From: Eledone cirrhosa
Taxonomy: Eukaryota
Length of the DNA stretch: 64,000 bases
NCBI GenBank assembly: GCA_964016885.1
Contig: OZ024754.1
Location: 6,696,001-6,760,000 of the forward strand
Direction of reading: 5' to 3'
The position numbers and the translations under genes are program-made. Positions 40,041 through 53,733 of this stretch are shown here, piece after piece (positions within the stretch are counted from its first letter, which is position 1; each line of letters starts with the position of its first letter). A model generated the notes under the pieces. It saw only the letters and a list, made by a program, of their open reading frames with translations, was not told the origin of the DNA and ran no database searches.

Positions 40041-40329
40041 GAGAAGTAGCGGCTCTACCTGGAGTGACTCACTCAGGTATGCACTCTATCGAGTAACGTT
40101 ACTCCAACGTAATTATTAATAGAACAAACTGATGTTAAAACAGATGTTAAAAGTGACACTGACAAATTGATTCTGCCCCAATAAGAGGTTATAATCTCAT
40201 TGATTATAGCAGATATCTGGACCTTACAAGTCATTTATATTATTTATAGCTGACCACTGAAGCCTTACCGGATGTAGTCATTGATTATGCTTGCATATCG
40301 CCATTACAACTCTACGAGACCCCCCGCGC

Positions 40330-40387
<58 letters not shown>

Positions 40388-40511
40388 AAATACACACACA
40401 CCACATTGAGTCAAACAAACAAACACGTACGCAAAGGTGTTGAAACAAATATACGCATACGTATGCACTGACATACACATATGCAAGAATGAAACACTAT
40501 TCAAGTATAAT

Positions 40512-40562
<51 letters not shown>

Positions 40563-40682
40563 GGTCTCCCTAAAAAATCTATTTCTATTTGGTCAACTAC
40601 CAACATCTAAAGAATATGTGAATTGAACGTAATCCTCTAAAACTCGTCTCTCCAGATAATATAGACACAGGCTACGTATGTA

Positions 40683-41579
40683 GGAGGTGGGTCAGAAAAG
40701 CTCCAGGACTGATGTCACAAAAGATTTATTTCAAACCCAAACTTCACACTAAGAGTTTTCTCCTTCAAAGTAATCCCCCTGGAGTCTAATACACTTTTCC
40801 ATCCTTTTCTGCCACGCTTGCATGCACTCCTGGAATGATTCTTCCGGGATCCTCCGCAGTTCCGTCATCACGGCCTTTTTTATGTCGTCCACGTCTTCAA
40901 AACGGGTCCCCTCCGGGTCGTATTCGAAAATCCATGACTCACCACCGGTGATGACTGTCCCTAGCAAGTCTGGTTCGGTTCACAAGACGCTCGAGGATGT
41001 CCTGGCACACTTGCATGCGTCGACCCTTCTGGTCATCGTTCAGCAGTTTTGGCACCATCTTCGTGCAGACTTCCCGCATGTCCAAATCTTCAATGAGAAT
41101 CTTCCAGACGCTGTCCCCATTCATGCCCAGCTCATTTACCATCAGTCGAACAGTCAGCCGACAATCGCTACGCACCATATGCCTGACGCGCTCAACGTTG
41201 ACCTCAGTCCTGGCTGTTGAGGGGCTTCCGCTCCTGGGGCCATCTTCCACGTCCTCGCGTCCTTCTTTAAACCTCTTGCACCACTCAAAAACACGTGAGC
41301 GTGACATCGTCTCATCTCCATACACTTGCTGCAGCAATCCCAGTGCTTCTGACGGAGTTTTCAAGTTTGTTCGTTGCTCTATGCTCATTGCTTGACGACC
41401 TGAAACAGAGGACATGTATATAAAATTATGAAGAAAAAAGTTTGATCGCTGCAGAGAGCTAATATTACAGTTGCATACTCCAGGGGGATAACTTTGAAGG
41501 AGAAAACTCTTAGTGTGAAGTTTGGGTTTGAAATAAATCTTTTGTGACATCAGTCCTGGAACTTTTCTGACACACCTCG
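40683..41579 (-). mobile_element. Internally deleted Tc1/mariner transposon
   Basis: ~103-bp TIRs (40683-40785 / 41477-41579) with TA flanks; transposase remnants YGDETMSRSRVFEWCKRFKEGREDVED.PRSG.P, KMVPKLL, VITG.ESWIFEYDPE, GTRFEDVDDIK...W.KR.EKCI..QGDYFE. Confidence 0.92.
40749..41387 (-). pseudogene. Mariner transposase pseudogene (frameshift, catalytic core deleted)
   Basis: Pieces in ORFs 40939..41724 and 40749..40967; region between YDPE and GTRF, holding the 2nd and 3rd catalytic Asp, is missing. Confidence 0.85.
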
Positions 41580-41819
41580 TATGTATGTATGTATGTATGT
41601 ATGTATGTATGTATGTATGTATGTATGTATGTATGTATGTATGTATGTATGTATGTATGTATGTCCCCATAACTCCATAAGAGTCGTAGGGGCGCCGTAT
41701 TGATATACAGCAATTCTTGGGCATTTTTAAAGCCTAGTGGAGCCCATCTCTCTCTAGGCCTGAGTACAGCAGATTTCTTCCAGAGACGGAGAGGGGGTCT
41801 GGGAAAGATATATAGAGGC

Positions 41820-43010
41820 AGAATCGACCCCAGTACTAGACTGGTACTTTTTTTATCGACCTCGAAAGGATGAAAAGCAAAGTTGACCTCAGCGGGATTT
41901 GAACTCCGAGAGTAGCGAGCTGGAACGAATACCATAAAGCCTTTTATCCGATGTTCTAACATCTCTGCCAATTCGCAGAAAGGAGAATATTCTCAAACTG
42001 AAATTCTGGTCCAAATTCTTGCAACAGAGTGGACTTAGTTAAAAGCACTGAAGGGCCATGGTGGTGTTGTTAAACTGAGCAATGGATTATGACCACCACT
42101 CAGAATACAAAGAGCTGAAACAAATACCACAAGACGGACACTCTCTAACAATTCTGTCAATCTACCTCCCTAGACTTGTACATTATTTTTTAGTTCAAAT
42201 CCCGCCAAGGTTAACTTTGCCTTTCATCCTTACGGGGGTCGATATAATAAAGTACCAGTAATACACTGGGTAATTGCTGGCCTTGTGCCAAAAGTAGAAA
42301 CAATTATTTTGTGGCCACTGAAAAGATAAAAAGCAACGCAAAGTAAAGCTCAACTTGGTGGCATTTGAACTCGGATCGGAGAGCAGAGAACGGCAACAAA
42401 TACCATAAAATATTCTATCAGTCGTTCTAACGGCCCTTCCAATTCGCCGTCTCTAGATATTTATTTCTACTTTTGGCACAAGGCCAGCAATTATCCCAAT
42501 GCATTACTGGTACTTTATTTTATCGACCCCGTAAGGATGAAAGGCAAAGTTAACCTCGGCGGGATTTGAACTCAGACAATAAAGGGCCGTAACTCTATGC
42601 TGCAAAGCATGGCATCCGACCCTCTACCGATACTGCCAATCCACCAGAGACAGACAATCGAAGTATAAATCTATTAACTTTAGCGATATCAATCATTGGT
42701 GGGCTGTGTACACATGTGCACAAACGCCTGTAATTGACTATAATAAATGAGTCAACAGCAACATTTCCTTCTCTTAATTTACCAAGCTGCACACTGTTGT
42801 TGCACACTGTTGCTGCACATTCGGTGGATTGGCAGTATCGGTAGAGGGTCGGATGCCATGCTTTGACGTATAGAGTTACGGCCCTTGCCATTCTGAGTTC
42901 AAATCCCGCCGAGGTTAACTTTGCCTTTCATCCTTACGGGGTCGATAAAATAAAGTACCAGTAATGCATTGGGATAATTGCTGGCCTTGTGCCAAAAGTA
43001 GAAACAATTA
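41820..43010. mobile_element. Cluster of main-family SINEs (41820-41975 -, 42192-42305 +, 42463-42645 -, 42823-43010 +)
   Basis: Each contains the TTTCATCCTT..GGGTCGATA core or its reverse complement. Confidence 0.85.
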
Positions 43011-43185
43011 TTTAAGTGCACAGAGAAAATGGTAAATAACTCTTGTAGGTCTGTATACGTCATAGGTCTGATGTAATTGTTAGAACAATTCCTTTTAACA
43101 ATAATATATTTGTTCCAAATAAATATTTGTATATATATGTCTGTGTGTGTATGTATATATATATATATATATATATAAATATGCA

Positions 43186-43246
<61 letters not shown>

Positions 43247-43307
43247 ATGCATGTGTGTCTGTATGTATGTGTGTGAGTGTATATACATGTGTATATATGT
43301 ATATGTA

Positions 43308-43362
<55 letters not shown>

Positions 43363-43388
43363 TTGTGAGTGTGTATTATGTATATGTA

Positions 43389-43437
<49 letters not shown>

Positions 43438-43539
43438 ATGTGTGTGTGAAATACCACCAACGTCAAACATCAACACAAAAATTTAACAATATTTTGAATA
43501 TGTTCTATTGTTCTCTACAAGAGTATCAGCCAATGCTTT

Positions 43540-44080
43540 ATGATGATGGTGGTGGTGATGGTGCTGGTGGTGGTGGTGGTGGTGATGGTGCTGGTGATGG
43601 TGGTGTTGGTGGTGATGGTGCTGGTGGTGATGGTGATGGTGGTGATGGTGGTGTTTGTGGTGATGATGGTGGTGGTGGTGGTGGTGTTGGTGGTGGTGGT
43701 GTTGGTCGTGGTGATGGTCGTGGTGGTGGTGGTGGTGATGGTGGTGGTGGTGATAGTGGTGGTGATGGTGGTGGTGATGATGGTGGTGTTGGTGGTGATG
43801 ATGGTGGTGGTGGTGGTGGTGTTGGTGGTGGTGGTGGTGGTGTTGGTGGTGATGATGGTGGTGGTGGTGTTGGTGGTGTTGGTGGTGGTGGTGGTGATGG
43901 TGGTGGTGGTGATGGTCGTGGTGGTGGTGATGATGATGATGATGGTAGTGATGGTGATGGTAGTGATGGTAATGGTGGTGATGGTGATTGTGGTGGTGAT
44001 CGTGGTGGTGATGGTGATCGTGGTGATGGTGATCGTGGTGGTGGTGATGATGATGACGACGACGACGACGATGATGGTGG
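43540..44080. repeat. (GGT/GAT)n tract
   Basis: Visible. Confidence 0.95.
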
Positions 44081-44335
44081 TATATGTTCGATCTCTCAAT
44101 AAAAATTTTAAAAAAATCTTCCGCCCAGTTAAGGAAATGTCGTTTACTGATCAATTGTTGCTTGACTCGTCTATTTTAGAATTACTAAAGCTACTTTCGT
44201 GTCACGGTGGATGGAGTGAAGGGAAATGAAATTGTAGCTTGGTGCCGAACAGAAACACATTTGAAAGACAACAACAACAATAACAACAACAACGCAACAC
44301 TGAAGGAGATCCTCTTCAAATACAGTCGCTACATC

Positions 44336-45750
44336 CTTGATTGTCGCCTCTGTGTGGGTCTGTATTGTCACAACAGACGCCACAACATCACCACCACCAG
44401 CTGAAATCAAAACTCTCCAGACGCAAACCCTTGATTGTCGCCCCTGTGTGGGTCTGTATTGTCACAACAGACGCCGCAACACCACCACCACCACCGCCAC
44501 CAGCTGAAATCAAAACTCTCCAGACGCAAGCCCTTGATTGTCGCCCCTGTGTGGGTCTGTATTGTCACAACAGACGCCGCAACACCACCACCACCACCGC
44601 CACCAGCTGAAATCAAAACTCTCCAGACGCAAGCCCTTGATTGTCGCCTCTGTGTGGGTCTGTATTGTCACAACAGACGCCGCAACATCACCACCACCAC
44701 CGCCACCAGCTGAAATCAAAACTCTCCAGACGTAAGCCCTTGATTGTCGCCCCTGTGTGGATCTGTATTGTCACAACAGACGCCGCAACATCACCACCAC
44801 CACCGCGACCAGCTGAAATCAAAACTCTCCAGACGCAAGCCCTTGATTGTCGCCCCTGTGTGGGTCTGTATTGTCACAACAGACGCCGCAACACCACCAC
44901 CACCACCGCCACCAGCTGAAATCAAAACTCTCCAGACGCAAGCCCTTGATTGTCGCCCCTGTGTGGGTCTGTATTGTCACAACAGACGCCGCAACACCAC
45001 CACCACCACCGCCACCAGCTGAAATCAAAACTCTCCAGACGCAAGCCCTTGATTGTCGCCTCTGTGTGGATCTGTATTGTCACACCAGACGCCGCAACAT
45101 CACCACCACCACCGCCACCAGCTGAAATCAAAACTCTCCAGACGCAAGCCCTTGATTGTCGCCCCTGTGTGGGTCTGTATTGTCACAACAGACGCCGCAA
45201 CATCACCACCACCACCGCCACCAGCTGAAATCAAAACTCTCCAGACGCAAGCCCTTGATTGTCGCTTCTGTGTGGATCTGTATTGTCACAACAGACGCCG
45301 CAACATCACCACCACCACCGCCACCAGCTGAAATCAAAACTCTCCAGACGCAAGCCCTTGATTGTCGCTTCTGTGTGGATCTGTATTGTCACAACAGACG
45401 CCGCAACATCACCACCACCACCGCCACCAGCTGAAATCAAAACTCTCCAGACGCAAGCCCTTGATTGTCGCCTCTGTGTGGATCTGTATTGTCACAACAG
45501 ACGCCGCAACACCACCACCACCACCGCGACCAGCTGAAATCAAAACTCTCCAGACGCAAGCCCTTGATTGTCGCCTCTGTGTGGGTCTGTATTGTCACAA
45601 CAGACGCCGCAACATCACCACCACCACCGCCACCAGCTGAAATCAAAACTCTCCAGACGCAAGCCCTTGATTGTCGCCTCTGTGTGGATCTGTATTGTCA
45701 CAACAGATGCCGCAACATCACCACCACCAACTCAATCAAAACTCTCCAGG
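44336..45750. repeat. 103-bp tandem array, ~14 copies
   Basis: Unit CTTGATTGTCGCC..TGTGTGG.TCTGTATTGTCACAACAGACGCCGCAACA(CCA)n..GCTGAAATCAAAACTCTCCAGACGCAAGCC; ORF starts recur every 103 bp. Confidence 0.95.
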
Positions 45751-46132
45751 CACAAGTCTATGATCTCTCGAGACTGATGGATGCAACAAATTAAACTACT
45801 TTCATATTATGAGCAATATTGCTGACTGCAGATCTAATAGGGTTCCCGGATAGAGAGGTTTTTCATCTCTCTTACAAATTGAAATTTCACACTCTTGTTT
45901 AACAGTTCATTGCGTGGCTCATCGACAGAATTTAATGACGAAAACATCAATGACAGGTTAAACGATTTACTACTATTAGTTATCAAGACGGTGAACGAAC
46001 TAAAATCGATTTTCCGTCAACTGTGCCTTGATAATGATCATGAGTATACGATACGTTTGGTACTGTACTGAAGTATGTTGGTTATCAAAGCAACTGTGTT
46101 GTTTGTTTTGTCGAATAGTTTGATATAATCAT

Positions 46133-46169
<37 letters not shown>

Positions 46170-47364
46170 CACTCCCATCTCCTTTTTCTCTGATTGCTGT
46201 AAAACGTGATATCTTTTAATCTTTTAACTTATCGACACATTCATCAAACCTAATGATCATTGTACGTTCTTGCAAGGAAAGCAAACAATATGATAAAAAT
46301 AGAAACACTTACTCGACTGTGAAACATTCATTTCTGCCTTCGAACTATGATAATAAGGTTGTGCTATTTAAGATAAATATTTTTTTCCAGAGATGTCAGC
46401 TAATTTTAATGATTGGACAGCTTAATAAGAATATAATTACCTGCCGTGAATATCTTCTACAATCATTGCATGACAATATACTACACTGATTCCACTAAAT
46501 TACAGCATTGCCTGTTATTTTTTGCTATAGAAATACGTTTTAGGTCATAGAAGTCGAGTGCGAAAGCTATGTGTAAGAATTACTAGAGTTTCGAAATGAC
46601 AATTCCAGTCTGATATCGATTTCAAAGCAAACAAGGCTTGTGGTATCATTGAAATATATTAAATTCTCAACCCAATGTCCAATTTACGAAAGCACTTAAA
46701 GTTGATTTATCTTGCCTCCTCAACATTCTACTTAGTAGAAACCGGTTTCAACTGTGTCATTACCTTGCAAACTAGAATTAGAAACAGACTCGGATTAACC
46801 AAACGCCGTGTCTCTCAGTTAAAGTTGACTAATTTCTAATCGAATATGTCAGCACTACTTGTGTCACACGAGCCACATAGATCGCAATGATGACATCTGA
46901 AGATGCTAAGCAAGGCAGTGAATTGGAAGAATCATTAGAACGTCAGATAGAATGCTTTGTAGTATTCTTTCTAGTTGTCTGCACTGAGTTTATAACCGAC
47001 CGAGTGCAACAATATATATGCGTGTGTGTTTAAGGCCTTGCGGTATTCGTTCTACCTCTTTGCGCGCTGAGACCAAAACCTGTCTATGTCAATTTTTCCT
47101 ATTCATCCTTTCGAGGGAGATAAAAAAAAAAAAAAAGATCAGTTTATATATCCTAACCGTGTTTATGAAGTAAATATCTATATTTTACACAAAAAAAATT
47201 GTTTGAAGTTACAGAGCCCAAATCTATACACGACCTCCCTAATTGGACGACAGGTCAGCAACGGGGATTTATGTTATACTCCATGAGAGCATTGAAGGGT
47301 TCTAGTGGTCGCTAAATTCGATTGTATTCAGACACTGATTTAGAGTAATATGCAAACGTAACTA

Positions 47365-47655
47365 CTTCCCCGAATTAAAAGATCACAACTCGAATATTAC
47401 AGACATGTGGTTAGAATGTCTCAGGAAAAAAAATCGCTGGACAGATTTTACGGGCAAAAACCAACCGGCAGGAGACCCAGGGGGAGACACCGAGCAAGAT
47501 TGTTGGATAACATCCATGATCTTGGCTGGTCTTGCTTGGGGACCCAGCCAAATCGATTGGAGACAGTTGCTTCTGACAAGACCAGCTGGAAGGAGTGTTT
47601 GGAGACTCTTCCTCCACAACCCTCTCAGGAATAAGTGGGCGAAGAAGAAGATGTA
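47365..47655 (+). mobile_element. RTE-clade LINE 3' fragment
   Basis: KRSQLEYYRHVVRMSQE...KPTGRRPRGRHRARLLDNIHDLGWSCLG.QPNRLETVASDKTSW...LPPQPSQE*; short (GAA)n tail. Confidence 0.8.
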
Positions 47656-48784
47656 AAAGTACTTTGGTAAGTAAGAATGTTTGGCAGAACATTTCCAAGA
47701 TGTGAGAATGTGGCAGAAGAAACGTCAATAGACACTAATAGGAATTTACTATTAACCTCGTCAATACAACAAATAAAGCTAAAGTTCATTAAATACATTT
47801 GACTTCCGCCTTTGCCAATTACTTGAGGGTTTCATTTAATCGACTTTTCTCTTTGGAAAATCTAGAGCCATTATTCCTTAGAAGTTACTATTCTTGCCCT
47901 TTCTCTCCTTTCTTTCTTTTCCACTGCACCCCCTCTCTCCCCCCTCTGTCTCTCTCATATGTAATGTTCTGCTTTGAGGGTGGTAAGAGGAGATGGTTGA
48001 CTAACGCTTAAGGAAGTCGACAAGCGGACATAGATTTATAACAGTGAATTAGACGAGATTGCTTCAATATTTCATTAACATGTCGCTTGCAGATTAACAA
48101 AGCAAGCTTTTTAAACATTCATAGAGGGTTGGACACTATTGTTATTGTTATTATATGCCAACGTCTATCATAGAAATACATAATTTTAATGGTCTAATTA
48201 ATAGATCTGTCATCAACTATTTTGAACGATTAATTTTTATGTCGTTATAGTTTCAGTGTCTGTGACAACTGTGCCATAAATGATTAACATTAAATATAAA
48301 CTATACCTCACCTCACCTTATATATCTTAATAGCCATTAGGTTGCCTCGTCACAAATATATTAATATAAATCAAATACACGTGGAGATTTATTCGTTTTT
48401 CGGACAGGCCGATACATCTAGATGCAGAATAAAAAGATTTGAAAATTTATGATATCTCTTAGGAAAATAACCTTTAATATAGATTTATGCGAAGAAAATT
48501 TATCGAATGAATTTTTGATTCAATCGATGGCTGGTAGGATTTAGAAGGTATTGCCATCTATCGGCGAAAAATGTGATTGCGGTGGGGGTGGAGGGATGGA
48601 AGGGATGGAAGGGATGGGGGTGATTATAGTTAATGATGATGAAATCCGGAATTTGAATTAAATAGCTGTGATTATAGGATTAGCGGAAAATAAAAACTTT
48701 AACAACAAAATTGTAAAAGTGAATATATTTAACCCATTTTTTTAATACTCAGTCAAATGGGAGAAATGGCAGTGCACGTGACAT

Positions 48785-49200
48785 TTGTTAGGGTCTCCTC
48801 TGTACCGGGTGGGATGAAGAGAGGAAAATTAGGATTTCCTCAGTGTCAGAGGAAGGGGTGAAGGAAGGAAGACAAGGATCTTCTCTGTGGCAGATAAGAG
48901 GAAGTTTAGGATCTCCTCTGTGACTGGTAGTAAAGGAGGGAAGAAGGGTCTCCTCAGTGACTGTTGGAAAGAAAGGAACAGGTTTAAGGTCTTCTCGGTG
49001 ACTGGGGGAAATAAGGGAGCAGGTTTAGGGTCTTCTCGATGACTGGGGGAAAGAAAGGAGCAGGTTTAAAGTCTCCTCAGTGACTAGGGAAATAAGGGAC
49101 AGGTTTAGGGTCTCCTTAGTGACTGAAGGAAATAAGGTACAGGTTTAGGGTCTCCCCTGTGATTGGTGGAAAGAAGAGAGGAATATTCTCCTCTGTAAAT
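48785..49200. repeat. Degenerate ~40-bp minisatellite
   Basis: Recurring AGGTTTAGGGTCTCCTCAGTGACTGG..GAAA. Confidence 0.7.
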
Positions 49201-49558
49201 GGTGGGAGCAAAGGCAATCTCCAGCCAGAAAGTTAGTTCGAATGTTTATAACAAAGTGGAGAACTTCTCTAAAGACACTCTAGGGTCAGTTGATGGGTTA
49301 AACCGTATAAAAGGTTAAACAAACCTAAAATAAAATTGGTCAATTCAGGAATCAGACTTCTCTCAGACGATTTCTTTTGTTATGGATTTTTGGTTTTAAA
49401 TTTTCGATAAATCGTTTCAGAAATTCAATTCTACACCTACTTAGAGACTCCCAGAATAACACTGGCTTTCGTTTAACCTCAAATATTCCTCCAAGTAAGA
49501 AATTAATCAAACTCGGTACAACTTTCACTATATACATACATATACATACATATATATA

Positions 49559-49973
49559 TGGTGGCTGCCAACTCGTTTTCGAGTACGGCCACTACTTTAT
49601 ATCCATGTAGGAGAACCCCTACCGATGCGCTGAACGAGTGTGACTTTTTAGTCAGAGCCAGCGACTTGAAAACTCTGGTACAAATACTACACTTGTGACA
49701 ATTATTGACACATAGTGCTGGGCCCATGGTACCATGTGACAAGTGCTGAGAGATCTCCAGATATAAAGCAATGCCTGTGCCGTGAAGCTTTTATAGTGAG
49801 CAAAGGCACTGCACAAAGCCAGTCCCACTCTCTTAACCAAGATGATATTTACCAAAAAGAAGAACAAGTCAACATCATTGGATACCATTGGGAGAGATGA
49901 CCCCTTAGCCTTTGTCAAGGCAGAATTCTAACAGAAGGAAAACTCTGATATAACACCTGCAACCCTGATGGTA
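49559..49973 (-). mobile_element. RTE-derived non-autonomous element with 5' inversion
   Basis: Matches the 4453-5060 family; 49889-49973 is inverted. Confidence 0.8.
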
Positions 49974-49999
49974 TATACATACATACATACATACATACA

Positions 50000-50193
50000 T
50001 AGAAATGGCTTCTACAGGACTAAAACTGTTTCATTCTGGAGAAATCATCAGAAGCACTGATGATTTCTGATGATTTCTTCCGAATGAAACAGTTCTAGTC
50101 CTCTGGAAGCTATTTCTATATTAAATATTTATACACTGCTATGTATTGAGTACCTTACTTACTGTGGTTACTCCGATTGAACCCGGGTTAAAC

Positions 50194-50226
<33 letters not shown>

Positions 50227-50549
50227 TGAGATTCCACAGGACTAGAACTGTTTCATTCTTTCGAAATCATCATTCTTTAGAAATGATGATTTCCTGATGA
50301 TTTCTAAAGAATGAAACAGTTCTAGTCCTGTGGAATCTCATCTATATTAAAACGGAATAAGGTATAGATGAAATTCTACAGGACTAGAACTGTTTCATTC
50401 TTTAGAAATCATCAGGAGATTCCTGATGATTTCTAAAGAATGAAACTGTTCTAGTCCTGTAGAATCTCATCTATATTAAAACGTTTATACTCTGCATTGT
50501 ATTGAGTACATTACTTACTGTGGTTACCTCCGATTCAACCCGGAATAAC

Positions 50550-50551
<2 letters not shown>
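50000..50551. mobile_element. Three adjacent family A palindromic insertions
   Basis: Repeated ACAGGACTA.AACTGTTTCATTC and GAATGAAAC.GTTCTAGTCCT arms; near-complete plus-strand hammerhead at 50416-50468 with 7-bp stem I GAGAUUC/GAAUCUC. Confidence 0.8.
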
Positions 50552-50592
<41 letters not shown>

Positions 50593-50722
50593 TTGTACGC
50601 ACACCGTAGACAACGAAGGCTATCTATTGTCGCTCTCCAACAAAACGTTTTCCCCTCGGAAAACGTTTTGTACTTTTAAACTACCATCTTCCTCGTTAAC
50701 TAATAATATTGCATTGTACATT

Positions 50723-50910
50723 GCGGTGGATTGGCAGTATCGGTAGAGGGTCGGACGCCATGCTTTGACACATAGAGTTACGGCCCTTGACATTCTGAGT
50801 TCAAATCCCGCCGAGGTTGACTTTGCCTTTCATCCTTACGGGGTCGATAAAATAAAGTACCAGTAATGTACTGGGTAATTGCTGGCCTTGTGCCTAAAGT
50901 AGAAACAAAT
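50723..50910 (+). mobile_element. tRNA-derived SINE with TSD AATATTGCATTGTACAT
   Basis: Consensus match plus 17-bp direct repeats. Confidence 0.9.
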
Positions 50911-50988
50911 ATTGCATTGTACATCATATGTCACTGGTTTTATAGTCGACTTACTGTTCATTAAATATATACATCCATATATATATAC

Positions 50989-51039
<51 letters not shown>

Positions 51040-51044
51040 CACGC

Positions 51045-51109
<65 letters not shown>

Positions 51110-51569
51110 CGCATACCTATATTCGTAACTATATACATACCTACATTAGTACATACATATATATATGTATACGTACATACATATACATACATACACATGC
51201 ATACATATATATATGCATACATATATATATATGCATACACATATATATATGCACACATATGCACACATATATGCATATATATATGCACACATATGCACAC
51301 ATATATGCATATATATATGCACACATATATGCACACACATATATACATTTGCCCACATACATATATATATATATACATTTGCCCACATATATATATATAC
51401 ATACATATGCCCACATATATATATATATATACATACATATGCCCACATATATATATATACATACATATGCCCACATATATATATATATATACATACATAT
51501 GCCCACATACATATATATATACATACATATGCCCACATATATACATACATATGCAACACACACACACAC

Positions 51570-51628
<59 letters not shown>

Positions 51629-52707
51629 CATATACATAATACACACGTTTTTAGATATTTTCTGATAAAATATTAAAATCTCTTAAGAGTTTGTCTCGAA
51701 TATTTTCGATGGTATATTGACAGATTAGTAGTTAGAAGGTCAAATAGAAGGATTTATGACGTTAATTCCAGATAGCTGCGCCCTCTATGTTCAAATTCTG
51801 TCGTGATCAACTTGGCCGTTCGTCGTTCTGAGTTCGATAAATATAGTACCGGCCTCATATTCTCTCTCTCTCCCTCTCTCTAAGAAGAAGAAGAAGAAGA
51901 GGAGGAAATCAACTCTATTTAGGCCTGACGAGGAGACGTGCTCCACCATTGCTCTCGACACACCGTATTCCACAACTGAGATCCCATTAAGAGTTATTGC
52001 TCCATACATGCGTGCGTGCGTGCGTGCGTGCGTGTAAAACTCAAGGGCCTCCGCGGAGCAGGACAAGCTCTGTATGAATTTTATGAAAATGTAATTGTTA
52101 AGGCTCTATCGCCACACATTCTGTGGCCTTGTCAATAACATTTTTGTCTCCTTGACGTTTCGGCTTTGCTCTAGTTATTTCAACTTTTCCTCTCCTTCTT
52201 CGACAATTAAATAACCATTTGGTTGATAAAGCAACGGGTTTTATGAATATTTATGTATAAATACGACCATAAAAGGTGGCGATTATGTGGAAACACATTG
52301 ATACCCCCAACACACACACAAACAGTCATATATTCATCCTAAAACACACACACACACACACATTTAGGAAGCGAAGAGATACGATAAAAAAGTTCTTATC
52401 AAAGCTATGTAATATTAGAATTACAAAGACTATTTTTGGCCTTCAAATACATGATTAACCGAATTAAAATTCCTCTTTGAAATAAAAAAAAAAAAAAAGT
52501 CCCCAAAACATTACCGTAAACCGAAATTTACCCCCCCCCCATCTCATTTAATCTTCTACGTCCCTCCTTTGTTCTCTCTACGTATCTTCTATCTCTCTTT
52601 TTACCACCATCATCACACTTCCTAGTACCCTCATCCCACTGATTTCCTCGCTCTCAGCTTATCTCATGTCTCACCTTTACACCCGTCACATCAAAATCAT
52701 TTCATTC

Positions 52708-52745
<38 letters not shown>

Positions 52746-53101
52746 TGTGTGTGTGTGGCCGTGTCCCAGCATTCAATTAGCATTTTTAAAAGAAACGCAT
52801 ACAATATATATATATATATAGAGAGGGAGAGAGAGAGAGAGGGGGGGAGAGAGAGAGAGAGAGAGAGAAAGAGGAAGAGAGAGAAAGAGGAAGAGAGAGA
52901 GAGAAAGAGGAAGAGAGAGAGAGAAAGAGGAAGAGAAAGAGAGGCATATAGTGTGTATATGTGTATGAAAGCAAGTGGCTTACTGGTTAGGGTGTATGGT
53001 TCATGAACATAAGGTCGCAAGTTCCATTCCCGGCGTCACGTTGTGTCTGAGCAACACAGGCTGTTCCTTTGATCACAACTAGAACATGTGAAAGCCGACG
53101 G

Positions 53102-53176
<75 letters not shown>

Positions 53177-53182
53177 CATATA

Positions 53183-53733
53183 TGGTGGCTGCCAACTCGT
53201 TTTCGAGTACGGCCACTACTTTATATCCATGTAGGAGAACCCCTACCGATGCGCTGAACGAGTGTGACTTTTTAGTCCAGCCAGCGACTTGAAAACTCTG
53301 GTACAAACACTACACTTGTGACAATTATTGACACATAGTGCTGGGCCAATGGTACCATGTGACGACAAGTGCAGAGAGATCTCCAGATATAAAGCAATGC
53401 CTGTGCCGTGAAGCTTTTATAGTGAGCAAAGGCACTGCACAAAGCCAGTCCCACTCTCTTAACCAAGATGATATTTACCAAAAAGAAGAACAAGTCAACA
53501 TCATTGGATACCATCAGGGTTGCAGGTGTTATATCAGAGTTTTCCTTCTCCTAGAATTCTGCCTTGACAAAGGCTAAGGGGTCATCCCTCCCGGTGATTT
53601 TGGATGGCCATTGACTCTTAAGAGCTCCTTTGCCCTTTGACAGGTTTTGTTTTTAGTCCTGCAGGATGTCCAAAGTCACCCTCCTCACCAAGAAACCTTG
53701 GTGGGGTTGCCAGTTTAGTCGCCAACGACCCGA
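53183..53733 (-). mobile_element. RTE-derived non-autonomous element
   Basis: Near-identical to 4453-5005. Confidence 0.8.

Noticed and set aside
44341-45794. Repeated 92-aa ORFs
   Set aside because: Artefact of the 103-bp period shifting frame.
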